32,000 nt of DNA, taken from positions 1 to 32,000 of the forward strand of contig JBAZYK010000011.1 in the NCBI GenBank assembly GCA_041659405.1, read 5' to 3'. Source of the stretch: Candidatus Altimarinota bacterium. GTDB taxonomy: Bacteria; Patescibacteriota; Gracilibacteria; UBA1369. Shown here piece after piece: positions 17,941-27,119 of this stretch. Within the stretch, counting starts at the first letter, position 1, and each line of letters begins with the position of its first letter. The notes under the pieces were generated by a model. The model worked only from the letters and a program-made list of their open reading frames with translations. It was not told where the DNA came from and made no database searches. The position numbers were made by a program, and so were the translations under genes.

Positions 17941-20568
17941 ATGAAAAAATCAACAAAACAAAAAGCCATGGATCAAAAGGCAATCGCCTGGCTTCAAAAA
18001 TACCTTCGTTACACCGACTACATCGGCGCGGCGCAGCTTTATCTTAGAGAAAATTGCACCATGCGCCAGGAGCTCAAAGTCGAGCACATTAAAGACCGCA
18101 TTTTGGGTCACTGGGGCACAGTTCCGGGCCTGAATTTTATTTACGCACACCTGAATTACCTGATCTGCAAACATCAACACGACGCGGATCTCAAAATCAA
18201 AAACGCTACTAAATCTTTCGTCCAAGCGCCGCATTTCATGTTCATTGCCGGCCCGGGTCATGGCGCTCCTGCCGTTATTGCCAATCTGTTTGCGGAAAAC
18301 TCGATGGCCGAATATTATCCGCAGTTGCAGCGCACCGAAGATGGCACCTGCAAATTGGTCCGCATGTTTAGCTGGCCGGGCGGATTTCCAAGCCACACAA
18401 ACCCCGGAACTCCCGGCGCAATCGTGGAAGGCGGCGAACTTGGTTACAGTTTATCCACAGCATTTGGCGCAGTCATGGACAATCCCGACTTAATCGTGGC
18501 CTGCGTTGTTGGTGATGGAGAAGCCGAAACCGGACCAATGGCCGCAGCTTGGCACAGCAATAAATTTCTAAATCCCGCTGAGTCCGGCGCGGTTTTGCCA
18601 ATCCTTCACGCCAACGGTTACAAAATTACCGGCCCCACAATTTACGCAACCATGAGCGACAAAGAGCTCACCAATCTTTTCAACGGTTTTGGTTATGAAC
18701 CGTTAATTGTTGATGATACAAATCCAAAAAAACAAAATCATCAAAAAATGATCGACACTCTGGAATATGCTTATCAAAAAATTCGCGAAATCCAAGATAC
18801 AGCTCGCAGCCAAAAAGAGGCAGTACTTAAGCCTCGCTGGCCGATGATTGTGTACAGATCAATCAAGGGTCGCACCGGAATTAAACACGCCGATGGTCAT
18901 AAAGTTGAAGGAACATATCGTTCACACGGCATTCCAATCGGCGATCCAAAAACCAACGAAAAACATTTTCAACTCGTTAAAAACTGGCTCGAAAGTTATA
19001 AATTCCCGGAACTTGTTGATAAAAAAGGCCAGCCATTACCGGAAATTTTGGAGTTTGTACCAAGCCCAACAAAAAATCGCATGAAAGAAAAGTTTGGATT
19101 GCAAGGCGGAAAGAAAAGTTTGACCGCAGCGCATTCAAACATGCGTGAGGATCAAACTTTACTTTCCAACGCAGCAAGACGAGCTTTTCTTTCATGCGAC
19201 CCCCGCATGGGCATGTGCAAAAACGCCATCGGCGGCAACATGCGCAAAGATCTCCACCTACCAAATCCTGCAAAATATGAAATCAACATTTTGGGAAAGC
19301 ACGGCCAATCCGGTCGTGGCCAGATCATGCAGGGCAACACTTTAATTGCCTCCGATTACATTCGCGATATTTTCAATCTCAACAAAAAAGAAAAGAATTT
19401 CCGTTTTATGTGTCCGGACGAAACCGAATCCAACAAATTTACTTGTCTATTTGAAGCCACAAAACGCGCCTTCATGTGGCCGGTTCATTCCTACGACGAA
19501 AACATTTCCCCAACCGGCCGCGTGATGGAAGTTTTAAGTGAACACACACTTCAAGGCTGGATGCAGGGATTTGTGCTCACCGGTCGCCACAGTATTTTTG
19601 CGACATATGAAGCCTTTGCCACAATCGTTTCAAGCATGGTCGATCAATACGCAAAATTCCTAAAACTCTCTTCAAAAGTTTCATGGAGAAAGCCGGTTTC
19701 AAGCTTGAACTACATCTTAACCAGCGTCGGCTGGCGCCAGGAACACAACGGTTATTCTCATCAAAATCCAAGTTTCATTAGCGGAATTTTGGAAAAGCAC
19801 GGAAAATTCTGCAGCGTTTATCTGCCTGCCGATGCCAACAGCATGCTCGTAACTTTGGAAGATTGCATGAAACGCAAAGACAGCATTAATGTGATAGTAG
19901 TCAACAAAAATCCAATGCCACAGTGGCTCACGCTACAAGAAGCGCGTGAAGAACTCAAAAACGGTCTGGGCGTTTGGAACTGGGTCAATAAAAATAACCC
20001 ATCACATAACGAAAATCCCGATGTAGTAATGGCCGCTTCCGGAGATGCGCTTGTGATCGAATCGCTCGCGGCAATTTCAATCCTGCACAAAATGGTTCCG
20101 GAATTGAAACTTCGCTTTGTGAATGTCAGCGAATTAACCGCTTTGGGTATTGGTGATGAACGCCATCCGCTAAGCGTAAGCGACGACGAATTCAATAAAT
20201 ATTTCACCGGCAATAAGCCAATTATTTATAATTTTCACGGCTATCCTGGAACTGTTCGCAAATTAATTTACGGCCACACTGCCATGGATCGATTTTCCAT
20301 TCACGGCTATCTTGAGGAAGGCACGACCACAACGCCTTTTAACATGATGGTCATGAACAAAACCGACCGCTTTAATTTGGCGATCGACGCACTGCAAAAA
20401 ATAATCAAGAACGCAAACGCTGACAAATCAGCCCGCCTCTCGGCTCTCGCCAAAAAAGCTCCAAAAATTATTCACGAGCTGGAAGCCAAACTCGCCACTC
20501 ATGCCAAGTACATTGTCGAAAACGGCAAAGACATGGAAGAAATCGAAAACTGGCGCTGGGAAAATTAG
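17941..20568 (+). CDS. xfp: Phosphoketolase (xylulose-5-phosphate/fructose-6-phosphate phosphoketolase)
   Basis: RILGHWGTVPGLNFIYAHLN, GPGHGAPAVIANLF, FSWPGGFPSHTNPGTPGAIVEGGELGYSL, VVGDGEAETGPMAAAWHSNKFLNP, NPSFISGILEKHG, HGYPGTVRKLIYG. Confidence 0.97.
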   Translation: MKKSTKQKAMDQKAIAWLQKYLRYTDYIGAAQLYLRENCTMRQELKVEHIKDRILGHWGTVPGLNFIYAHLNYLICKHQHDADLKIKNATKSFVQAPHFMFIAGPGHGAPAVIANLFAENSMAEYYPQLQRTEDGTCKLVRMFSWPGGFPSHTNPGTPGAIVEGGELGYSLSTAFGAVMDNPDLIVACVVGDGEAETGPMAAAWHSNKFLNPAESGAVLPILHANGYKITGPTIYATMSDKELTNLFNGFGYEPLIVDDTNPKKQNHQKMIDTLEYAYQKIREIQDTARSQKEAVLKPRWPMIVYRSIKGRTGIKHADGHKVEGTYRSHGIPIGDPKTNEKHFQLVKNWLESYKFPELVDKKGQPLPEILEFVPSPTKNRMKEKFGLQGGKKSLTAAHSNMREDQTLLSNAARRAFLSCDPRMGMCKNAIGGNMRKDLHLPNPAKYEINILGKHGQSGRGQIMQGNTLIASDYIRDIFNLNKKEKNFRFMCPDETESNKFTCLFEATKRAFMWPVHSYDENISPTGRVMEVLSEHTLQGWMQGFVLTGRHSIFATYEAFATIVSSMVDQYAKFLKLSSKVSWRKPVSSLNYILTSVGWRQEHNGYSHQNPSFISGILEKHGKFCSVYLPADANSMLVTLEDCMKRKDSINVIVVNKNPMPQWLTLQEAREELKNGLGVWNWVNKNNPSHNENPDVVMAASGDALVIESLAAISILHKMVPELKLRFVNVSELTALGIGDERHPLSVSDDEFNKYFTGNKPIIYNFHGYPGTVRKLIYGHTAMDRFSIHGYLEEGTTTTPFNMMVMNKTDRFNLAIDALQKIIKNANADKSARLSALAKKAPKIIHELEAKLATHAKYIVENGKDMEEIENWRWEN

Positions 20569-21650
20569 TAACTTCTAATTGTCTCGCAAATCCCCTCCGG
20601 ATCCATGCCGAATTTCCGGTATAGATCTGCAGCTTTTCCCGATTCGCCAAAGCCATCCATCCCAATTCGCAAAACTTTCATTGGATAATGCGTGCCCAAA
20701 ACTTCCATCACCGCAGAACCAAGCCCGCCAACAATTTGATGATCTTCCACCGTCACAATTTGTCGCGCCTGTTTAGCGCATTCCACAATCAATCCATCAT
20801 CAATTGGCCGCAGTGAAGGAATATTTACCACCATTGTGGAAACACCTTCACGCTCTAAAATTTCACGAGCCTGCAGCGAAGCCGCAACTCCGGTTCCAAT
20901 CGCAAAAATGCAAACATCCGTTCCGGGAGTATAAACATGACCTTTGCCAATCTTGTAGCCATCCCTTCCCCAGGTCGTATTTTCATCATGCAAAACCGGC
21001 AACGAACCCGAAGCCAAACGCAAATAAGTTGGACCGTAATCTTGCATCATCGCTTCCACCATTTTTTTGGTTTCAACCGCATCAGCAGGACATAAAACCT
21101 TCATATTTGGAATCGCCCGCATGATTGCCAAATCTTCCAAAGCCTGATAAGTCCCGCCATCCTCACCACTAAAAATTCCCGCATGTGAGCCAATAATTTT
21201 CACATTCAAATAAGGATAAGCGATCGCATTGCGGATCTGCTCCCACGCGCGCCCGGTCGCAAACATGGAAAAAGAAGTCACAAACGGAATCTTGCCGCGA
21301 ACGGTAAACCCCGCAGCCGCTGCCATCATATTTTCTTCCGAATTTCCAAAATTAAAATAACGATCAGGAAAGGCCATCGCAAAGCCGGCCGTATTCATAA
21401 ATTTGGCACTGTTGGCATCCAAAACCACCACATTTTTATAGCGGGCGCCAAAGCGCACCAGAGCATCTCCAAAAGCTTTTACATTGGAAACCGAACCGTC
21501 ATATCTTTCCTCTGCACGATCACGATTGCCGGGATTTTGTCTTTGCGTGAACGAACCACTCGCCTGGGAATCCAACGCCAAACGTCCCTGCCGCCTTTCG
21601 GTAGCGTGCATCATTGCCTGAATGGAAGATTGCCAGCCGGATTGAGCCAT
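20565..21650 (-). CDS. Transketolase C-terminal subunit (split transketolase)
   Basis: FGDALVRFG, FPDRYFNFGNSEENMMAAAAGF, SFSMFATGRAWEQIRNAIAYPYLNVKIIGSHAGIFSGEDGGTYQALEDLAIMRAIPNM, IVTVEDHQIVGGLGSAVMEVL. Confidence 0.93.
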   Translation of the reverse strand: MAQSGWQSSIQAMMHATERRQGRLALDSQASGSFTQRQNPGNRDRAEERYDGSVSNVKAFGDALVRFGARYKNVVVLDANSAKFMNTAGFAMAFPDRYFNFGNSEENMMAAAAGFTVRGKIPFVTSFSMFATGRAWEQIRNAIAYPYLNVKIIGSHAGIFSGEDGGTYQALEDLAIMRAIPNMKVLCPADAVETKKMVEAMMQDYGPTYLRLASGSLPVLHDENTTWGRDGYKIGKGHVYTPGTDVCIFAIGTGVAASLQAREILEREGVSTMVVNIPSLRPIDDGLIVECAKQARQIVTVEDHQIVGGLGSAVMEVLGTHYPMKVLRIGMDGFGESGKAADLYRKFGMDPEGICETIRSY

Positions 21651-21818
21651 AGTTGCAAAAAAAAACGCAGTCTAGCGAGCACTTGATCAACCAAAACTCA
21701 GTCAAATTCTCGCATGCGCAAAAATAGCAAAAAATTTTACTATCAGCAACAAAGCCTTCAGCAATCTTTAGCGAAATAATGTTTTTATGGTCTAATACCA
21801 AAAACTTTTAAAAACAGT

Positions 21819-22478
21819 CTAATTGCTTATTTCAAACGAAATTAACGCCGAGATTTCCCGCATATCTGTAATTACCTTATCCGCCAGCCCAAAATCAAGA
21901 CTTTCATTGTGGTTGGATTTATAAGCCACCAAAAACATGCCGGCCGCCTTTGCCGCTTTAAAGCCATTTGGCGTGTCTTCAATCACCATAGTTGTTTCAG
22001 GATTCGCCCGAAACTTTTGCGCAGCCAAAAGAAATGGCTCAGGATCGGGCTTTCCCTTACTAACATCATCCGCAAAAACGCGCTGTTCAAAAAAATCCAA
22101 AATTCCCAAGTTGGTTAAAGTCGCCATCGCAAACTCTTTTTGGCTTCCCGTAGCCAATCCAATCTGCACATTTTGATCACGCAATTTTTCCAAAGTTTCA
22201 CGCACATAAGGATTCAACGCAAAAATTTCACCATAATATTTTTTTGCGATCATCCGATGAGCCCGTAACAAGTCTTTCACCTCAACCGATAAATTAAAAA
22301 TTTCGATCAAAGCTTTAAAATAATCCTCAAACCGCATGCCCATAAATTTATTCGCAATCTCCCGCGTCAAATCAATCCCAAAATGGCTCAAAGCCTTTTT
22401 CTCGATCTCATAATTATAATTTTCCGAGTCAATCAAAACCCCATCCATATCAAAAATAATTGTTTGAAAATTTGGCAT
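21819..22478 (-). CDS. HAD-superfamily hydrolase (beta-phosphoglucomutase/phosphatase-like)
   Basis: IIFDMDGVLIDSENYNYEIE, IGLATGSQKE, VSKGKPDPEPFLLAAQKF, MVIEDTPNGFKAAKAAGM. Confidence 0.92.
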   Translation of the reverse strand: MPNFQTIIFDMDGVLIDSENYNYEIEKKALSHFGIDLTREIANKFMGMRFEDYFKALIEIFNLSVEVKDLLRAHRMIAKKYYGEIFALNPYVRETLEKLRDQNVQIGLATGSQKEFAMATLTNLGILDFFEQRVFADDVSKGKPDPEPFLLAAQKFRANPETTMVIEDTPNGFKAAKAAGMFLVAYKSNHNESLDFGLADKVITDMREISALISFEISN

Positions 22479-22483
22479 AAAAA

Positions 22484-24367
22484 TTAAATCAACTCCTTCA
22501 CCTTCGCCACAATACTTTTAGCGCTAATCCCATATTTTTCAATGAGTTCTTCCGGTTTTCCGGAATGTGGAAGTTCGTGGACGGCCAATTTGTGCACGCG
22601 CACGCCTTTTTCGCTTAACGCGCCGGCAACCGCATCACCAAGGCCACCCTGCAAGTAATGATCTTCAACGGTAATGACCAGCCCGCCCGTCGCCATCGCC
22701 GCTTTCAAAATCCCGTCAGCATCAATCGGTTTAATTGAATACGCATCAATCACTGTTATGTTGATCCCCTCTTTTTGCAGCTCGTCATAAGCTTTCAAAG
22801 CCTCGTACAAAGTCACACCCGCTCCCACAACCGTCACTTTATCCGGCTTAGCCGCATCTTTAGACTGACGCACCACCTTGCTTCCGCCAATCGGAAATTT
22901 TTCATCATTGCCATAAATCACCGGCAACTTTGGCCTGGAAGCGCGCAAATAACTCACGCCATTGTAATCCAGCATTTGTTCCATCAAACGCTCGCAACTC
23001 ACGGCATCACTTGGATACAAAACCGCCGAGCCATAAATCGCTCGCATCATCGCCAAATCTTCCAGCGCCATTTGCGAAACGCCATCTTCACCAATACTCA
23101 CGCCAGCATGCGAACCAACCAGTTTTACATGAGACATAGAAACCGCCGCCATACGAATTTGATCATAAGCGCGAGTCAAAAATGCCGCAAAAGTAGAAGC
23201 AAAAGCCAATTTTCCACGTGCCGCCAAACCCACAGCCACACCAACCATATTCTGCTCGGCAATAAAACATTCAAAAAAGCGCTCAGGATAAGCATTCTTA
23301 AACTTATCCGCAAAAGTTGAATTCTTGGTGTCGCCATCGACAACAGTGATTCGTGTATCCGCCAAACCCAGACGAACAAGCGCAAAACCATAAGCTTCAC
23401 GAGTCGCTACCATATCGCCCAACTTATAATTTAATGGACCAAAATCACCCGTGCCATCAGCCTTTAATTTTCTGGCCGCAGTTGGTTTTTTATCGGCAGG
23501 TTTTGGAATTTCCACGCTCGCATCCCCAAGCGCCGGTTCCGCCTGACCCTTCAACTCTAGAATCGCCTTATCCATTTCCTCTTTTTTCAGCGCTTTCCCA
23601 TGCCAAGAATCCTTGTTGGAAATAAACGAAACTCCATAACCCTTAAAAGTTCGCGCAATCAAAACTGTTGGTTGCCCCTTTGCTGCAGCCGCTTTTTCAA
23701 ATCCTGCCACAACTTCTGTCATATTATGCCCATCCACCACCAAAGCATTCCAGCCAAAAGCCGCAAACCGCGCACGATGAACCTCCACATCATGCTCAAA
23801 CATGGTCGGCTGACTTTGCCCCAAACGGTTAGCATCCACAATCGCCACCAAATTATCCAGCTTGTAATAAGAAGCCAATGAAGCCGCTTCCCAAACCGAA
23901 CCTTCGGCAATTTCACCATCACCCATTAAAACATAAGTTCGATAGTCCAGTTGATCAAGTTTTGCCGCTAAAGCCATGCCCACACCCGCAGAAAGGCCTT
24001 GTCCAAGTGAACCCGTTGCCACGTCCACCCATGGCAATCTTGGTGTAGGATGGCCTTCCAACTCGCTATCCAGCTTACGCAAAGTCACAAGTTCTTCAAC
24101 CGGAATAATGCCAGCCTCGGCCCACGCCGCATACAGTAGCGGAGCAGCATGCCCTTTGGACAAAATAAATCGATCATTATTTGGATGTTTTGGATCCTGC
24201 GGAAAATAACGCATCACCCTAAAGAAAAGCGCCGCCGCAATATCCGCAGCAGAAAGACAAGAACTAGGATGCCCCGACCCACTTGCTTCCGTTTCCACAA
24301 TTGAATGAATCCTTAACTGATTGCCAATTTTGGAAAGTTTTTCGATGGAGGTTGGCATTGGGAACAA
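22484..24367 (-). CDS. tkt: Full-length transketolase
   Basis: EASGSGHPSSCLSAADIAAALFF, NDRFILSKGHAAPLLYAAWAE, YVLMGDGEIAEGSVWEAA, DANRLGQSQPT, FFECFIAEQNMVGVAVGLAARGKLAFASTFAAFLTRAYDQIRMA, HAGVSIGEDGVSQMALEDLAMMRAI. Confidence 0.95.
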   Translation of the reverse strand: MFPMPTSIEKLSKIGNQLRIHSIVETEASGSGHPSSCLSAADIAAALFFRVMRYFPQDPKHPNNDRFILSKGHAAPLLYAAWAEAGIIPVEELVTLRKLDSELEGHPTPRLPWVDVATGSLGQGLSAGVGMALAAKLDQLDYRTYVLMGDGEIAEGSVWEAASLASYYKLDNLVAIVDANRLGQSQPTMFEHDVEVHRARFAAFGWNALVVDGHNMTEVVAGFEKAAAAKGQPTVLIARTFKGYGVSFISNKDSWHGKALKKEEMDKAILELKGQAEPALGDASVEIPKPADKKPTAARKLKADGTGDFGPLNYKLGDMVATREAYGFALVRLGLADTRITVVDGDTKNSTFADKFKNAYPERFFECFIAEQNMVGVAVGLAARGKLAFASTFAAFLTRAYDQIRMAAVSMSHVKLVGSHAGVSIGEDGVSQMALEDLAMMRAIYGSAVLYPSDAVSCERLMEQMLDYNGVSYLRASRPKLPVIYGNDEKFPIGGSKVVRQSKDAAKPDKVTVVGAGVTLYEALKAYDELQKEGINITVIDAYSIKPIDADGILKAAMATGGLVITVEDHYLQGGLGDAVAGALSEKGVRVHKLAVHELPHSGKPEELIEKYGISAKSIVAKVKELI

Positions 24368-24459
24368 AATAAAAAGCTAAATTCAGCCGAATCATAGCGG
24401 ACAATCAAGCAAGCTTCAAGCGGTTAGAAGAACATCAAAACAAATAATACAAAGTTTTA

Positions 24460-24489
24460 TATTGTTAGTTATAGCCAAAACTAACAATA
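24460..24489. repeat. 11-bp perfect inverted repeat with 8-nt loop
   Basis: TATTGTTAGTT-ATAGCCAA-AACTAACAATA in the tkt/DUF3800 intergenic region. Confidence 0.75.
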
Positions 24490-24553
24490 AGATTATTTAT
24501 ATTGCAAGTTAGATCCAAAAGTGACAATAAAAACATTCCCAGGTATGCTGGCG

Positions 24554-24582
24554 TTGACGCACAGGTGAGTGCTTGCTATACT
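24554..24582 (+). promoter_or_regulatory. Near-consensus sigma70-type promoter on + strand
   Basis: TTGACG (24554-24559), 17-nt spacer, TATACT (24577-24582). No plus-strand CDS follows. Confidence 0.6.
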
Positions 24583-24616
24583 TTAAGTGGTTACAGAACT
24601 TCAATTGAAAAATAAT

Positions 24617-24690
24617 AAATTAGTCCTTTGGTTGCGAAAGTTGGCTCCATGCCACGCGAGGTTCGCCTCCTAGCGCCAAAGGACTAATTT
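24617..24690 (+). ncRNA. Candidate small structured RNA, unidentified family (predicted transcript about 24589-24695)
   Basis: 15-bp perfect closing stem AAATTAGTCCTTTGG (24617-24631) / CCAAAGGACTAATTT (24676-24690). It encloses two adjacent hairpins, TGGC-TCCAT-GCCA (24642-24654, flanked by GCG/CGC) and GAGG-TTCG-CCTC (24658-24669). It lies downstream of a near-consensus promoter and is followed by TGTT. Confidence 0.4.
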
Positions 24691-25441
24691 TGTTGATGCT
24701 AAAAATATTCTTTTTATTGTAAAAGTTATTTGGATATTTTTCAAAATCGTAAATATCACAAAGAAAACTGATTTTCTCTTTTAAAAAATCAAAATATCTA
24801 CTTTCACTTTTAGTATAAGCCCTATAGACAGCCCAATTTAAGTAATCAATAACCTGAAGGCATGGTTCGACAGTCGGCACTTGAACCAAGACTTGTGTTT
24901 GAGTTTCAATTTTTTTATTATATTTTGACTCAAAGTTTGAGATTGCCGAGTGAATCGCATTTGTAAAATGATTTTGTTTATTTCCCGAATCTCTTTTTGA
25001 AAAATAAATAACATTATCATTCACGTGCAAGCTCCTTTCAAACAACCTGCTGACTATTTCATTATAAAAAATATCTTCATTGTTTTTATGCCTCTTCATA
25101 AAGACATCCAGCCTTTTTCTCGCAACGATAAATTGTGCCTTAAAATCAAAGGTTTTAATGAGTTTAAAGACCTTTTCCCTTACTTCGGCCGAATCATCTT
25201 TAGCATGAAAATGGACCTTTGTTTTTGCAATTGATGGTATGGGAGCAAGATAATCATCTTGAGCTATTTCTTCGCGAAGACGAGCCAATCCTTGACGAAT
25301 AGCAATCGGATTTTCCGTTTCAATATAGCCAAGAATCAAGATTGGCGAACAACCAAACTGCCCAACAATGCACTCTCCGTCCCTGTTAAAGAAAGTACAA
25401 TCACCTGACTCATCCACAAAAAAATATTTAGTATTATTCAT
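24620..25441 (-). CDS. DUF3800 domain protein
   Basis: N-terminal KYFFVDESGDCTFF, LILGYIETENP, KVHFHAKDDSAEVREKVFK, and D/E pattern typical of DUF3800. The C-terminal ~22 codons overlap the structured element at 24617-24690. Confidence 0.75.
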   Translation of the reverse strand: MNNTKYFFVDESGDCTFFNRDGECIVGQFGCSPILILGYIETENPIAIRQGLARLREEIAQDDYLAPIPSIAKTKVHFHAKDDSAEVREKVFKLIKTFDFKAQFIVARKRLDVFMKRHKNNEDIFYNEIVSRLFERSLHVNDNVIYFSKRDSGNKQNHFTNAIHSAISNFESKYNKKIETQTQVLVQVPTVEPCLQVIDYLNWAVYRAYTKSESRYFDFLKEKISFLCDIYDFEKYPNNFYNKKNIFSINKISPLALGGEPRVAWSQLSQPKD

Positions 25442-25526
25442 GACTCGAAATAATACACATCAAACATGAAGAAAATCTAAAATTTTCCTAAACAAGAGAA
25501 ATCAATATCTAAAACATTAATCCCTT

Positions 25527-26135
25527 TTACCAATTAACCTGATCCCCTTCCGTAATTCCCAGTTTTTCCACCATGCCGCCGTTCAATTCTAAAACATATT
25601 GTGCCGATTGGATCGAACCAAATAAAGGGCATGGATCAGCCTGGCAAGGCATCACCCATTTAAGCGCGCGCACAATTTTGTGATCAGGGCCAATAAAAAG
25701 CATATCCAGCGGAATCAACGTGTTCTTCATCCAAAAAGAAAGCTGCCCGGCTTTTTCAAAAGTAAAAAGCATGCCGTGGTCAGCCGCCAAAGCGGTCCTA
25801 AACATCAATCCTTTTTCACGCTGAGCTTCATTTTCGGCAACCTCCGCACTAAAAACATGATCACCGGATTTATTTTTAACCGTCACAAAAATTTCTTTCA
25901 AACCGGATAAAGGTTGGGTTTCCTGGGAAGATTGAGCCGCACTTAAGCCCGCGCCTGAATTGACATTATAACTTTGCGCAATGCCGGAAATCTGTGAAGA
26001 TGAAGCGCCGGCCATTCCCGCGCCAACATCACTGCCCGAACCCACCCCGGAATCATTCAAAAATTTCGCCACCGTTTGACATCCTGCTAAAGCCATAAAC
26101 GCAACAATCAAAAAAATAAAAGAAACTTTTTTCAT
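25527..26135 (-). CDS. DUF192 family lipoprotein
   Basis: Lipobox FMALAGC. C-terminal EVAENEAQREKGLMFRTALAADHGMLFTFEKAGQLSFWMKNTLIPLDMLFIGPDHKIV...YVLELNGGMVEKLGITEGD. Confidence 0.92.
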   Translation of the reverse strand: MKKVSFIFLIVAFMALAGCQTVAKFLNDSGVGSGSDVGAGMAGASSSQISGIAQSYNVNSGAGLSAAQSSQETQPLSGLKEIFVTVKNKSGDHVFSAEVAENEAQREKGLMFRTALAADHGMLFTFEKAGQLSFWMKNTLIPLDMLFIGPDHKIVRALKWVMPCQADPCPLFGSIQSAQYVLELNGGMVEKLGITEGDQVNW

Positions 26136-26141
26136 AAAAAT

Positions 26142-27119
26142 TCAATAAGGAATCTTGGATCCAAAAGATCCGGCAACAGTTCGATTCCGAACGCCAGAGC
26201 CCAAATTCGCACCCGCACGCGCTCCCGCGCCCACACCACTGCCAGCACCAACCCCCATCCGCAATCCCGCCAATTCCGCTTTCAACATTGGAATCGCCTC
26301 GGCCATTTCCTGATCACTCAAAGCCACGCCATGATACGACGCTTTGTTTTCCATAAAACTAATGCCTTTGCCCTTCACAGTTCGCGCAATGATCGCGGTT
26401 GGCTTACGCTTCACATCAAACGCCTTTTCAAATCCCGCCAAAATCTCCTCAAAATCATGACCATCACGCACCGGAATCGTTTTCCAACCAAACGCCTCAA
26501 ACTTATCCGCAATCGGCTCAACATTCATCACCGAACGCAAAGTTCCATCAAGCTGCAAGCCATTCGCATCAATAATCAAAACCACGTTATCCAGCCGATA
26601 ATGCGCAGCAGTTAAAGCCGCTTCCCAAATTTGACCTTCCTGCAATTCACCATCTCCCAACAAAACAAAAACGCGATTGGTTGCACGCTCGGCCTTTAAA
26701 GCCATCGCCAAGCCAATTGCCGAAGAAAAACCATGTCCCAAAGAACCTGCACTTAAAGGCACCCCCGGAATTTTTTTAGAAGGATGAGCCTGCAACATGC
26801 TATTTGCCTGACGAAAATGATCCAGCTCCGCCTTATCAAAAAAGCCCAGATCAGCCAACACCGCATACCACGCCGGAGCCGCATGACCTTTGGACAAAAC
26901 AAAATAATCCTGATCCTGCGAACCTGGTTTTCTGGCATCATATTGCATAATTGGCAGTCCCTGAATTTTGCCATAATACAAACCGACCAAAAGATCAATC
27001 ATGGAAAGTGAACTGCCCGGATGGCCGCCCTCGGCCCTGTGAATTGTTTCAAGCACATCAATACGAGCCTGAGTAGCCTTTTGCTTTAAAAACTGAAGAT
27101 GATCACGGAAAGAGTCCAT
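26142..27119 (-). CDS. Transketolase N-terminal subunit (split transketolase)
   Basis: HRAEGGHPGSSLSMIDLLVGLYYG, QDYFVLSKGHAAPAWYAVLADLGF, VFVLLGDGELQEGQIWEAALTAAHYRLDNVVLIIDANGLQLDG, TIIARTVKGKGISFMENKASYHG. Confidence 0.93.
   Translation of the reverse strand: MDSFRDHLQFLKQKATQARIDVLETIHRAEGGHPGSSLSMIDLLVGLYYGKIQGLPIMQYDARKPGSQDQDYFVLSKGHAAPAWYAVLADLGFFDKAELDHFRQANSMLQAHPSKKIPGVPLSAGSLGHGFSSAIGLAMALKAERATNRVFVLLGDGELQEGQIWEAALTAAHYRLDNVVLIIDANGLQLDGTLRSVMNVEPIADKFEAFGWKTIPVRDGHDFEEILAGFEKAFDVKRKPTAIIARTVKGKGISFMENKASYHGVALSDQEMAEAIPMLKAELAGLRMGVGAGSGVGAGARAGANLGSGVRNRTVAGSFGSKIPY

Noticed and set aside
22775-23320. 181-aa plus-strand ORF antisense to tkt (and similar ORFs at 17950-18396, 19818-20213, 11154-11573, 6793-7194, 20804-21124)
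   Set aside because: Antisense to well-supported genes with His/Asn/Arg-rich shadow composition; no RBS or motif.
24554-24695. Candidate RNA as 4.5S SRP RNA or a small tRNA-like gene
   Set aside because: Lacks the SRP GGAAGGAAGCAGCC-type apical motif and has no CCA, D-arm or T-arm consensus.
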